Shown piece by piece: positions 17,901 to 27,461 of a stretch of DNA of 64,000 nt. The notes under the pieces are model-generated. The model was not told the origin of the DNA, did no database searches, and was given only the letters and a program-made list of their open reading frames with translations. Where the stretch lies: IMG/VR virus record IMGVR_UViG_3300042545_001167, positions 32,001 through 96,000 of that record. One strand, 5' to 3'. This DNA is from a virus. How positions within the stretch are numbered: position 1 is the first letter of the stretch; each line of letters starts with the position of its first letter. A program made the position numbers and the translations under genes.

Positions 17901-19047
17901 CTACTTCACCAGTGCCACTTCCAGTAACATCGAGATAAAAATCATTTCCTCTCTTTGCAAATTTAGCATTTATTTTAGAAGTGACTGAAGTTGTTGTTGA
18001 AGTATTTGTTGTTATTGGAATATTCAATAAGTCAATTCTAATAAGATAAACACCAGATTTTAATGTTTTTTGAATTGGCTGCACCGAATCATTAAATCCT
18101 TTTAAATCGGAGATTAAATCACCATCAATATACAGTTTTGCAAGATTATCACATAGTCCTCTAAAAACATATTCGCCATCATACGGAAAATTTTCTTCCC
18201 ATTCAAATGTAAATATTCTTCCTGCAAAATCACTACCAGCAACATTTGAAGGAGCAACTGGAGAAATTGCATAAGAATTCATAAAGTCATTCCAAGTAGG
18301 AAATGTCACCTCATAAGAAGAAAAATCTTTGCCTAAAGAACTAATTCTTACTGGTAGTTTTTTTCTTGTTGTCCAAAAAGGATTTTTATATTTTGTAAGT
18401 GACTCTTGATACTTTTCAATCTCATTTTGAATGGGATCTTTTGCCGTGCTTGTGTATGAATCTGGGTCCCAATCACCTAAATTTTCTCCATTGGGTCCGT
18501 ATTTTATACCATATCCAACATCAGTATCCTCACATAATTCATATTCTTCAAAGTCTTCTTCTCCCTCAAAGGTTTCATATTCTTCTACAGTTTCGCCAAG
18601 AATTGCTCTTAATACTGAACCAGTTCCATATTGACATTCATCTTTTGCTTGAGTAATTGGAGGGAACTGATATCCAAATCCACCGCTTACCAAATCTACT
18701 GCAAGAATCGCACCATCTTCTCCTACAACTGGATTTCCTACAGCACCTACTCCACCGCCACCAAAAATTTGAATCTTTGGTGGACCGCATTCTTTTATTT
18801 CTTGATATCCACCACAAGTGCTTGTTGTAGATACAATGTCATTTGTAGTTAATAAATTAACTTCATTAATAGTTAAGTACTTAATATTATTGCTACCATC
18901 CCTAAAAACAAATACTGTTCCAGGATTTTTGTACGCATAATCATTTGCTTGACAGACTGTAATGCCATCAACAAACCCAAGAGATGGATCAACATATCCA
19001 ACTCTAATAGAATCTATACTAATTGGTGTATTAAAACTATTTGGCAT
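14944..19047 (-). CDS. Baseplate-associated structural protein with PA14-like domains and internal repeats (1367 aa)
   Basis: Three GxYxxRxxxDx-type PA14-like segments and three roughly 115-aa repeats (YIAG(L/I)AAxE...(I/Y)GPIxI...DxNIKxxI). Confidence 0.65.
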   Translation of the reverse strand: MPNSFNTPISIDSIRVGYVDPSLGFVDGITVCQANDYAYKNPGTVFVFRDGSNNIKYLTINEVNLLTTNDIVSTTSTCGGYQEIKECGPPKIQIFGGGGVGAVGNPVVGEDGAILAVDLVSGGFGYQFPPITQAKDECQYGTGSVLRAILGETVEEYETFEGEEDFEEYELCEDTDVGYGIKYGPNGENLGDWDPDSYTSTAKDPIQNEIEKYQESLTKYKNPFWTTRKKLPVRISSLGKDFSSYEVTFPTWNDFMNSYAISPVAPSNVAGSDFAGRIFTFEWEENFPYDGEYVFRGLCDNLAKLYIDGDLISDLKGFNDSVQPIQKTLKSGVYLIRIDLLNIPITTNTSTTTSVTSKINAKFAKRGNDFYLDVTGSGTGEVDLLMEIDDSSYIAGLAAREIIIPSDKGKVKFTRATGTPKVENIKKTINVTGGQSYGPIQILGATIGVAKPTVNSNKIALYDAAGTDENIKFLITNVKGNATTTSINTSASTASVASITTQNPKDYVLPEAKIIEKKGQYYIQVGGTGVVNITFKMDVNDAYYIAGIAASEIRVPSESGTISLKRKSTVSINGQYFPNAYEKEETIKKSGKFAGGKTYGPIEIINQNPTGLPPKLSGSKKLELRDAEGDDANIKFEIDNVEPQKSTVSNIATGTVVSSKSWNQNPMGISVTIDAPPQPVPQEKPPVQEGRCPPNPIWSTRFPSAKENWYPVRFPKWSKFLNRYALSPVKPLDTPGSDSGGISYSNSWNVNAPFRGYYKVRGEVDDIAKIYVDGNLVLDLSRRVGKTSGSEKVLLEEGNHTIKVEVENYSSESFSTINQKIFSTLDWQSPLASTSSNIKAKFIQKGKDYYLDVSGFGSGEISFVMDVNDAPYIAGLAAKEVIIPSDGGKLMFTRTGISQRDSIAYFSIPKEETIKKSGKFTGGKIYGPIQILGATVGAGTPKVFNNKLSLFDAAGTDENIKLEISKIEQTAKNSVTSSSVSSGTSKDGVIYQGPEIFHHIQTTGGSTGKGWGDFMNKYSVSPKVFKSISEPDERINGTFTLTWKNVKFPEDGDYRVRFQADNIGVLKIGDKQVQKTTDFYGDPATIQTNITAGTYDIVIELTNIKDRTNKFSNNPTGTSLVIEKDISVRDSSSKSWTENPIGVSAVLISPPCPKKISGKGVVEKIIIDEPGNGYLAPQDPTIGYPVIVKLKEVLVDNGGINYNCGGDQLKITPDNGAKLSYTCNAFGVINTVTVDDSGTPFTSYPRITLPSETGVNAKFTPVFEVIRDPLDPAISPNNIIQVTDLVGLKQTGYVDGRAYYGAVYYDGGVKYAGYYKTIGTPIRVYNTLQESITTKVTTPASAIERSGTDVTSNDPRLNIPGTPENLI

Positions 19048-19095
19048 TTTTAGTAGTATTATATTTCAAAGTCTTTCCATTAACCTTATTTATCA

Positions 19096-20796
19096 TCAAC
19101 ATCCTAATTGGACATTTACATCCTGAACATTTGTGGATGGAGTTGCAAATTGAACATTACCAATTTTTGGTGCCTTAAAGGAAATTTGTGCCTGATAGTC
19201 AACATTCGGGAATTTGGGAATCTGACAATCTTTAGCGTCACCACTTCCAATTTGAAGTGTATAATAGGATGATGCTGCACAATTTGGAGTTATATCACAC
19301 CCAAAAATAGAGATACTTATATTTTGAAAACTTAGTGCGGAGGTTAAACTTGAACTTATAGAATTAATCAATTCATTAACGCTACCTATTACCGATGATA
19401 CTTCGTTTAGTTCCCCAACAATATCGCCCAAGAATCCATTAATGCTTGCTAAGACATCATCAATTCCCTGATTCATAGCATCCATATTTGCAGAAATTAC
19501 CTTACCAGTTAAAGATTCAACAGAACATATAGGTGTTGTAGGTGAAGAAGTTTCTGGTGGAATTGTTTTTGTATCGAGTTCGCCATCAAGAATTCCTTGG
19601 ATTAATGCACAAAGGTTATTAGTAATTTTTTGATATAGGCAGTATATTAATTGAGTAATCTTTTCTTTGATGTCTAAGTACCTATGTCTCTGATTTGGAT
19701 ACATCAAACTGACAGTTGGAGACATTGCTTTATTAATTTTCTTCAAAACATATTCCATAATTTTATCAAAGATTGTTTTCATATACTTTGCAATTTCGCA
19801 AGCAGCATTTGAAATTAATGTTTGAATTTGTGAAAGGATATCAGTAGCAGCATCGATATAACTTACTAAAGCATTTAATTTTTTATTAATATCATTTGTT
19901 AGATTTTCAATCACAACTTGCATTGCTTTTAATGCAGAATTTGTAACATCACAAGGCGACATTAGAACAACCTTTCTATGATAAAGATCATTCTTCTTTA
20001 CGTCAGCAACACTTTGTTGATGAGGATTATCGGGTTGCTCTATTGTTGCTCCAGGTCTTGCTGAAGATGTTGAAGAGTTTGCCTGCTCACAACGATTTTT
20101 GATTCCGTTTTGAACCGCATTCTTGACAAACTCATCAAAAGCATTACCAGTTAAATTTCTTGCGTTTGCTTCCGCAGATGCACTTTGAATATCTTGCAAC
20201 TGTGCTTTCGTTGCTTTTCCATACGGAAGTCCATACTTATCCAGAGTAACCCCAGATACTATGGGCGAACATTCCTGTGATTGTTCAGAACCTTTTGGTT
20301 TAGTAATTGCAAGATTTTTATCTGCAACTGAAATGTTTGGATCAGGATTAGGATCATCTACACGATTATATCCAGTTAAAGGAACAAATCCCTTATCGCC
20401 AGTTTTAACACCAAGTTGAGTTTGGGCGTTGTTACCAAGAACTCCCATAATAACTGGAACTTGTTGGTCAGGTCCATCCAAGAAAAATCCAAATACAAAA
20501 TTTCCTTGTCTTAATGCAGAAGTTGCAGAAGAACCTGACTGACCACCACCAGCAGTCACAGGATACATTACCTGTGCCCAAGGAAGTTGTTCCGAAGGAA
20601 GTATGGTACTCTCTTGGTCGTGAAGACCAATGATTCTTACTTTATACCTACGACCCCACCCAACAATTTGATCTTTATTTTCAAACTTTCCAGGAAGAAT
20701 ATTATCTCTCCAAGTGGAATCCTCAGCAATTTGGCCAATCCACCAATTGAAATCTGCACCCAAAAATCCAGAATTAAATAATGTTCCTTCAGACAT
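19096..20796 (-). CDS. gp5: Baseplate hub protein gp5 (N-terminal OB domain; no lysozyme motif seen)
   Basis: RYKVRIIGLH...LPWA...G.FVFGFFLDG..QQVPVIMG. Confidence 0.8.
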   Translation of the reverse strand: MSEGTLFNSGFLGADFNWWIGQIAEDSTWRDNILPGKFENKDQIVGWGRRYKVRIIGLHDQESTILPSEQLPWAQVMYPVTAGGGQSGSSATSALRQGNFVFGFFLDGPDQQVPVIMGVLGNNAQTQLGVKTGDKGFVPLTGYNRVDDPNPDPNISVADKNLAITKPKGSEQSQECSPIVSGVTLDKYGLPYGKATKAQLQDIQSASAEANARNLTGNAFDEFVKNAVQNGIKNRCEQANSSTSSARPGATIEQPDNPHQQSVADVKKNDLYHRKVVLMSPCDVTNSALKAMQVVIENLTNDINKKLNALVSYIDAATDILSQIQTLISNAACEIAKYMKTIFDKIMEYVLKKINKAMSPTVSLMYPNQRHRYLDIKEKITQLIYCLYQKITNNLCALIQGILDGELDTKTIPPETSSPTTPICSVESLTGKVISANMDAMNQGIDDVLASINGFLGDIVGELNEVSSVIGSVNELINSISSSLTSALSFQNISISIFGCDITPNCAASSYYTLQIGSGDAKDCQIPKFPNVDYQAQISFKAPKIGNVQFATPSTNVQDVNVQLGC

Positions 20797-20798
20797 AA

Positions 20799-21011
20799 TC
20801 AATAATCATATACTCTACATTCCAGTGCTTCAGGATTTGAATCACAATAAAGTTCCAAAGAAGATGGATCGTGATGATCTTCTGGATGGTTCTTAACCCA
20901 CTTTTCTAATGCTTCCAATTCCTCTTCAGTATGACGACGAGATTGTGGAGAAATTAAAGGATCGTCAAGAAGTTTTTTATCATACTCTATATGCTTTTCT
21001 ACACTATCCAT
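20799..21011 (-). CDS. cp12: CP12 Calvin cycle inhibitor
   Basis: EEELE core and C-terminal LELYCDSNPEALECRVYD. Confidence 0.9.
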   Translation of the reverse strand: MDSVEKHIEYDKKLLDDPLISPQSRRHTEEELEALEKWVKNHPEDHHDPSSLELYCDSNPEALECRVYDY

Positions 21012-21045
21012 TTTAGTGATTGTATTGTACTACTATTTAACAAAC

Positions 21046-22395
21046 TTAAATTGCATTATAAGTTGGAGATCCCTTTTTACCTACAGAATCCCTTACTAAT
21101 GTAAGTTTTGTATACCCACCCTGAGCCTTATTAATATAATGACATAAATCTGCAATAAGATATGAACCACTATGAAGAGTTCCTAACTCTTGTCCAGGAA
21201 CACCAGCATCAATGAAAACCAAATCTCCTGCGTGCAAACTAAAATCAGCAACTATTGTAATCGTTGTTCTTGTACTAAACAACTGATTATATCTCATTGT
21301 CGATTGATTCAAGATATTTTTGGGGTCAAAGTTTTTTAATTTTGATTTTTCTATTTGCTGTTTTGTATCACCTGTAGGAAGAGCACCAGTATCAATCAAC
21401 ATATATTGAGTTCTTGTAAAATTGGTTTTAAACTCTGGATTAAACTTTGGAAGTTCTTTCCCAGCAAGTTTAAGATTTCCTTCAGTAATCTCAGTTTTTG
21501 GTAACACTACCTCATAGTAACAGTTAAATGGATCAAACAGTATTGTTTTTGTTGAGTATGTTCCTATTTCAAGTTTTGTTTGAACATTTCCACTTACGTC
21601 ATCAACATTATGCTCCAATATTTTTGCACTATATCCAGGTGGAATATTTTGCCCAGAACCATCTGGAGTCTGATTGTAAATTAAACTTTTAATGTCCTTT
21701 TTATTACCAGTTTTTGAATCTGTAGTAGATAAAAGATTATCAACAGATTTGAATTTAAATCCATCAGATGTCTCATAGAAAAAATAACCTGCAGTATTTC
21801 CTGGTTGAATTCCTTTTGGTACTGCTTTTTTTGACAACCAGATGGCAGCATAAAAAGGTTTCTTATTATTGCCTATAAAATTATAAGTATTATTAGTTTC
21901 TTCAATATCAATATTTTTTTGAGTGTTCAAATATTTTGAATCAGTCAAAATTCTTGAAATATGATCAGATATTTTTCCATCAAATCTAGTATTAATTCTT
22001 ATTTGATGATTTAAGATTCCTTCTTTAGAAATTAAATCAAGTCCTACAAAAGACTTTGTGGTGTCTTGTTTTACTGGGGTTATTTTATTAACATACAAAG
22101 TTAGTTTTAATTCAACATTATTAGCATCTTTTATTGCCAAAGATACTTTTTCTTGTCCAACAATAGGCAATCCCTCAAGAATTGTCTTTTGTTTGCCATC
22201 CTTTTCAATAGATGTACCAGCATCAACATACATTACAGATGCTCTGATCGTTTCCTGCAAGACACTTTCATAGTAGTAGATGTCAGTCCAAACATCTCTA
22301 ATATCTGCATTTGTTTTTTGATCATTTGAAATCACATTGATGGTTGGAACATCAATACTTCTAACGTCTCTTGTAGTTAATACTTGATTATTCAT
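21046..22395 (-). CDS. Probable baseplate hub / tail protein (gp27-like)
   Basis: YYESV, GYFFYETSDGFKFKSVD, GSYLIADLCH motifs; position next to gp5. Confidence 0.55.
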   Translation of the reverse strand: MNNQVLTTRDVRSIDVPTINVISNDQKTNADIRDVWTDIYYYESVLQETIRASVMYVDAGTSIEKDGKQKTILEGLPIVGQEKVSLAIKDANNVELKLTLYVNKITPVKQDTTKSFVGLDLISKEGILNHQIRINTRFDGKISDHISRILTDSKYLNTQKNIDIEETNNTYNFIGNNKKPFYAAIWLSKKAVPKGIQPGNTAGYFFYETSDGFKFKSVDNLLSTTDSKTGNKKDIKSLIYNQTPDGSGQNIPPGYSAKILEHNVDDVSGNVQTKLEIGTYSTKTILFDPFNCYYEVVLPKTEITEGNLKLAGKELPKFNPEFKTNFTRTQYMLIDTGALPTGDTKQQIEKSKLKNFDPKNILNQSTMRYNQLFSTRTTITIVADFSLHAGDLVFIDAGVPGQELGTLHSGSYLIADLCHYINKAQGGYTKLTLVRDSVGKKGSPTYNAI

Positions 22396-22417
22396 AAGAC
22401 TTTATTTCCTACACTAT

Positions 22418-25147
22418 TTAATGGCCCATATAAGTTGAATCATAATCAGAATCTACTGCAGAAGACCCTCCTGGCAGCATTCCACCACCAACAGGAACTG
22501 GTACAGGAACATATGATACTTGTGGTGCAGGAACTTTGACTTTAATTCTTTGTCTTCCACCTGCCTCATATCCTGCATAGAACTGAAGAATACTCATCAG
22601 TTGTTTTGCTGAATTTTTTCTTTGTGCAACACTTTCAGTTTGGTTGATTATATCAAAGAAATCAATTCCAAAAGCATCTACAGAATCTTTATCAATAATA
22701 TATTCGCCGGGGTGTGTTCTTACAATTCCACCCTTTCCAGTCGAACCACCACCAAAGAATGCTACGTGGACATGATTGTAGTGTGTGCTAGCAGCAATTG
22801 GAGGAACTTTCTTTCCATCCTTTATACTAAATCCAAGTGGAGTATAAAAAATTTCTTTTGCTGTGGCACCATATCTCTTGATTAGTTCTTTAGCCAGAGA
22901 AAGTTGTTGTGGTGTTCCATTACCAACACTGTCATTTGAAAAATCCATTGCTCTTCCATCATAATGATAACTATCCGGATTATCTTTCCTTACATGAGAA
23001 TATAAAGGAACTCCCATACTTTCAGCAAGACTTTTTACTACAGAAAGATTTCCTGCACCAGCACCAAGAGCAACACCGGTTGGAATATTATAACCACTCT
23101 TAGTTTTATATTTTTCCAAACTAGCAAGATATTCTCTGTGTATTCTTGGACCTTCTGTATTTTGAATATATTCTGCAGGTCTTTCCCATTTTCTCATAAA
23201 CCAATCTGCTGCTTCTTGTGGAGAAGAAAATTTTGTAGAGAGATATTGTTGTCCAGGTTCACCCGGTTCTCTCAGTGCATAATCTATTTGCCCCTTCCAG
23301 TTTGTTGCATAATCAGGAACTGCCTTTAGGAAAGCATCTTTTCTTCCACCACTTGAATATTGGAATAGACCAACTCCAGGTCCTCCAGCTTCAGAAACTC
23401 CAGGTCTAAATCCACTTTCTCTGGATATGTTTGCCATAAGACCTAATGCATGAGTGTCACTCATTCCCTTTGAGAGAAGGTATTGATATATTTCGCCCTG
23501 AAGTCCTTCTGGAGAATATTGTCCACCAACATCTGGAGTGGTAGATGGAACATTTTCTTTCTTTTCACCTTCAGCAGGTTTTAGCATCATCTGCTTCATC
23601 AAATCTTGGATACTTCCTTCAAGTTGTGATGAAATATTATCTTGCAGAGACTTGGCAATTACTTGAGTTAAGTCTTCACCCCGTAAAAACATATCGGCAT
23701 TTACTTCACCACCACTAGCAAATGCACCACCTCTCAATACACCAGAACTGAATGTCATATTCATCCAGGCATTAAGTCCTTGTGCAGCAATACTATAGTC
23801 TAATGGTGTTGGTTTTTGACCAACTAATGCCTTGTCCCTGAGAGATAATAGTGCTCCAAAGAATGGTGCATTCTTAATTTTTTCATTGGATTTTTTAATA
23901 TATCCAAGAGGATTTACTTGCTTATTTTTATCTTTACCTTGAGGAGATGGAAAAACTTTTTCAACATTTTTTTGACCACCAATGTCAGCACCTGGTTTTA
24001 ATTTTGTTGGTTGTGCAGTTACTCCTCTCTTTTTAGTTTTGGAAACTCCTCTTTTTGCAGGACCACCAGTAAACTTTCCACCTCTTGTTATTGCTCCACC
24101 TTGAGCACGACCTTGAACTTTTGGTTTTTGTGGGGTTTTATTTCCAAAAAAAGTATCGTATAAAAGTCCACCTAACCAATCACCAACACTACCACCGGCA
24201 ATACCACCAACAATATTTCCAAAGAAAGGAATTGCAGAACCAAGTGTTACACCAAGAACCGCTCCAAGTGTAGCACCAATAGATTTAAATGCTGCTCTTC
24301 CAAGTGGTTCTTTAAAAATAAAATAATTTATTGCAAAATCAATAAGACCTCCAATTATAGGAATTGCTTTTAAAAGTGGTCTTGCGGCCCTGAGTGCTAC
24401 TTTTGCACCGCCCCTACCAAGTGTTCTTATTAATGTTCTTTTGCCGAATCTTGATGCTGTTTGACCAGATCCTGATGAGGGAACACCGCCAGATGGTTCA
24501 GTTTTAGGCCTATCAAATGAGGGTAATTGTGTTGCGGCAATTGCAGCAATAATAACTGCATTAACAGCATTATTAAATCCATCAAAAATTTTAACTGCAT
24601 TATCCCCACCCACGGTCTTTAGAAATCCACGAGTTTGTTTTGATGCTTCATCTGTTTTTTGAATAAAAGTTCCCAGTGCATCAATCAATCCTACAGAAAA
24701 ATCTGCAGCAAATTCAACACCAGTACTAACTACTTTTACTACTCCAAGTAACTTTGGAAGATTTGGAAGCATCTTAACAACAAATCTTCCAAGTAAAACT
24801 GCGAAGATAATATTTTTAATTCTTTCTAAAAATCCCAATTTGGGAACCCCAGGAACTTTAACTTTTTCTGTTCCTGGTTGTTCTTTTTTTGTTTCAAGTT
24901 CTGCTTCTTTTTTTGAAAATTTATCCCTCTCTTCTTGTTTTCTTTTTTTGGTTATTTCTACTTGCTTTAATAAAGTAGAACTTTTGATCAAGTTTTTTAC
25001 TTCTATAACTTGAGTTTTAATAACTACCAAATCACCTTTTTGAGGTCCAATATTGTTTGATACACTAATTTTTTTAATTGCAAAGGAGGAACCACCTAGA
25101 AGTTTTGTTGGATTGATTTTTGCAGGTGCTAGTGCTTTTGGTTCCAT
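22418..25147 (-). CDS. Tape-measure-like tail protein with phage tail lysozyme domain and Zn-peptidase-like domain
   Basis: Helical/hydrophobic N-terminal half; ANISRESG...GLFQY...WERP lysozyme motif; SYHYDGRAMD...HYNHVHV peptidase motif. Confidence 0.65.
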   Translation of the reverse strand: MEPKALAPAKINPTKLLGGSSFAIKKISVSNNIGPQKGDLVVIKTQVIEVKNLIKSSTLLKQVEITKKRKQEERDKFSKKEAELETKKEQPGTEKVKVPGVPKLGFLERIKNIIFAVLLGRFVVKMLPNLPKLLGVVKVVSTGVEFAADFSVGLIDALGTFIQKTDEASKQTRGFLKTVGGDNAVKIFDGFNNAVNAVIIAAIAATQLPSFDRPKTEPSGGVPSSGSGQTASRFGKRTLIRTLGRGGAKVALRAARPLLKAIPIIGGLIDFAINYFIFKEPLGRAAFKSIGATLGAVLGVTLGSAIPFFGNIVGGIAGGSVGDWLGGLLYDTFFGNKTPQKPKVQGRAQGGAITRGGKFTGGPAKRGVSKTKKRGVTAQPTKLKPGADIGGQKNVEKVFPSPQGKDKNKQVNPLGYIKKSNEKIKNAPFFGALLSLRDKALVGQKPTPLDYSIAAQGLNAWMNMTFSSGVLRGGAFASGGEVNADMFLRGEDLTQVIAKSLQDNISSQLEGSIQDLMKQMMLKPAEGEKKENVPSTTPDVGGQYSPEGLQGEIYQYLLSKGMSDTHALGLMANISRESGFRPGVSEAGGPGVGLFQYSSGGRKDAFLKAVPDYATNWKGQIDYALREPGEPGQQYLSTKFSSPQEAADWFMRKWERPAEYIQNTEGPRIHREYLASLEKYKTKSGYNIPTGVALGAGAGNLSVVKSLAESMGVPLYSHVRKDNPDSYHYDGRAMDFSNDSVGNGTPQQLSLAKELIKRYGATAKEIFYTPLGFSIKDGKKVPPIAASTHYNHVHVAFFGGGSTGKGGIVRTHPGEYIIDKDSVDAFGIDFFDIINQTESVAQRKNSAKQLMSILQFYAGYEAGGRQRIKVKVPAPQVSYVPVPVPVGGGMLPGGSSAVDSDYDSTYMGH

Positions 25148-25151
25148 TTAC

Positions 25152-27293
25152 TTATCTTACTCCATATATCTTTGCATTTCTGACTGCATTATTAGATGCA
25201 TGAACATTACTAAATGATGGTACTTGAGGAGAACCACCAAGACCACCTACAGATGGTTTTGTTGAACTTGGAACAGCAACTTCATAAACTATTTCTGGCA
25301 TAAAATTAGTTGGTGCAGAAATATTTCTTTGAGATGATCTAGATTTTGAAGCAGAGAAAGTCATTGTTGGAATTGATGATGACTTTCTCTGAGAAGAATC
25401 TGGAGAAAGTCCACCTGCAAATCTTGGTTTAGGTTTGGAAACTGGTTCTGCTTTTGCTGGTTGATTTAATCCAAACATAGATGCAATACCAGTTCCAACT
25501 TTCTGCAGAATATTTGGTTGCTGACCTTTTGGTTTTGGTTTTGATGCAATATTTGCAGATGAACTTGAATTTAATATTCTTTTAGCCGCTGCCATTCTTG
25601 CAGATTCGTGCGGTACGCTTGGTGCTTCATATCCAAGCATAAAATTCTTGGTTGCTTCACTTAAATTTTTTGAACCTAACCAAGCACTCTTCGTTTCTCT
25701 TCCCCAAGGAAGTTGAGGTCTTCCTTGAGAGTCTGGATTGCCAGTATCCATTTCATACTTAACATAATCCATTTGTTGCTTCAGGTTATTAAAAACTCCA
25801 GGACCATATCTCTTTACTGCAGTATCCCATCTTCCAGGAGTTTCCCATTGTGCCACTCCTCTACCAGGACCTCCACCGTCTTGAGCAGTATTTGGTTTTA
25901 ATCCAGGTGCCTCAATTGAGAAATTGCCAAGAGCAGCAGCAATATGATAAGGTTTTGCTGATGGGAAATTTAATTTGAGTTGATTGTATGCAATTTTTTC
26001 ATTTCCGCCCAATGGAGGATCAACACTACGAGTTCCAATCTGCCCACCACCTGCAGCATAAGTTGTTCCAGTAATCATTCTTGGTCTGTTTGTTCCTCCA
26101 CCAGAAGCATTCATTGCCTCTAAAGTGCTTGTACCGTACTTCTGGACAGCACCACGCGACATAACAAATTCACCATCACTCAACATTGCGGGAATTTTAT
26201 CTACACCCTTTTGTCCACTGATGTATCCAGGTCTTGTACCACCACCAAAAAATCCAAATAATTTTTTAAAGTTTGCAAGTCCACCACCAGCAAATTTAAC
26301 TCCACCAAAATCTTCAATGCCTTTACTCAGTGCCATAGTACCGGCAACTGCTGTACCAATTTCTAATCCAGCACCTAATAGTTTCCCACCTCTACCGCCA
26401 AGGAATCCTGCAACCTTACCAGCACCTCTCAATCCTGCTCTTGCTGCCAATCCTGCTGCTGCTTGAACAAGTCTTAAAGTTCCCCTGATTAGAAGTGAAG
26501 ATAAACCTCCAATAAATTTACCAAGACCTGTTCCAAATCTTAGATACAGTGCAAGTAGTTTTGGCCAATGTTCACCAAGAAACTTAAAGATGCTCTTGAC
26601 TTTTTCTTGATTATCTTTATTACCAAACCATTCAATTAGTTTTACAATAGACCTTCCAATAAAAATAGCAATGATTGCATCAATAATTTTATCAAGTAAT
26701 GACTTGATAGGTGCCAACATCTTTTGTGCTGCACCAAGTGCCTTAGTAAATCCTTTTTCTAAAAGTGCTTCTGCTCCTGCTCTTTTTTCCTTTTCACTCT
26801 GTATTCTTTCTCTTTCTAATATCTTTTTCTGAATTTTATTCTGTTCTGTTAAATTGGCAATGATTTGAGATAGAGCATTTTTAATATTATTAATATCATT
26901 TGCCCCAGACATATTATCAATCGCTGAAGGCAATGCCAATCTTTTAGTTGATATTCCCTTAAGTAATTTTTGTTTTCCTAATTGGATTCCTACAGCACTT
27001 CCTTTTTTAAAACTTTCTACACTAATTTTTTTTGGTTTAAATCTACCTTTCTTTGATTTTACTCTCTTCCATTCATTTGTGATTAATTCTGTTTCCAAGG
27101 TTGAATATCTAGTTTTAGACATTCTGGAAGCAACCATTGCTTCTTTTAAATGTCCAGAATATTCATCATAGGACAATTCATATTCATCCTGAAGACCAAG
27201 CAGTTCTAAAATCCTTTCATCAATTTTTTCAGTAGATACCTTCTTCCCATTAGAGAGAACTAGAGAACTAATTTTAGAAGGATTGACCGCCAT
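25152..27293 (-). CDS. Tape-measure-like tail protein with phage tail lysozyme domain
   Basis: Coiled-coil N-terminus, AMLSDGEFV motif, GNFSIE...GRGVAQW...QMDYV..E...YEAP. Confidence 0.65.
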   Translation of the reverse strand: MAVNPSKISSLVLSNGKKVSTEKIDERILELLGLQDEYELSYDEYSGHLKEAMVASRMSKTRYSTLETELITNEWKRVKSKKGRFKPKKISVESFKKGSAVGIQLGKQKLLKGISTKRLALPSAIDNMSGANDINNIKNALSQIIANLTEQNKIQKKILERERIQSEKEKRAGAEALLEKGFTKALGAAQKMLAPIKSLLDKIIDAIIAIFIGRSIVKLIEWFGNKDNQEKVKSIFKFLGEHWPKLLALYLRFGTGLGKFIGGLSSLLIRGTLRLVQAAAGLAARAGLRGAGKVAGFLGGRGGKLLGAGLEIGTAVAGTMALSKGIEDFGGVKFAGGGLANFKKLFGFFGGGTRPGYISGQKGVDKIPAMLSDGEFVMSRGAVQKYGTSTLEAMNASGGGTNRPRMITGTTYAAGGGQIGTRSVDPPLGGNEKIAYNQLKLNFPSAKPYHIAAALGNFSIEAPGLKPNTAQDGGGPGRGVAQWETPGRWDTAVKRYGPGVFNNLKQQMDYVKYEMDTGNPDSQGRPQLPWGRETKSAWLGSKNLSEATKNFMLGYEAPSVPHESARMAAAKRILNSSSSANIASKPKPKGQQPNILQKVGTGIASMFGLNQPAKAEPVSKPKPRFAGGLSPDSSQRKSSSIPTMTFSASKSRSSQRNISAPTNFMPEIVYEVAVPSSTKPSVGGLGGSPQVPSFSNVHASNNAVRNAKIYGVR

Positions 27294-27450
27294 TTGCTTG
27301 TTGTTTGAGTTTCTCTTCTTCCAGATGTTGCTTCAATAATTCAACATAAACATCCCTTTCCCAAGGAATCATATTTTCAATCTCTGTTAATGAGTATTTA
27401 TGATACTGCATTAAAGCAAAGTTAAGTCTGAAGTAGTTCTCAAGGTCCAT
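27274..27450 (-). CDS. gp51: Baseplate hub assembly protein gp51-like (58 aa; possibly made as a frameshift fusion to gp26)
   Basis: MDLENYFRLNFALMQYHKYSLTEIENMIPWERDVYV, read manually. Confidence 0.8.
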   Translation of the reverse strand: MDLENYFRLNFALMQYHKYSLTEIENMIPWERDVYVELLKQHLEEEKLKQQANGGQSF

Positions 27451-27461
27451 ATGGACCAGTG

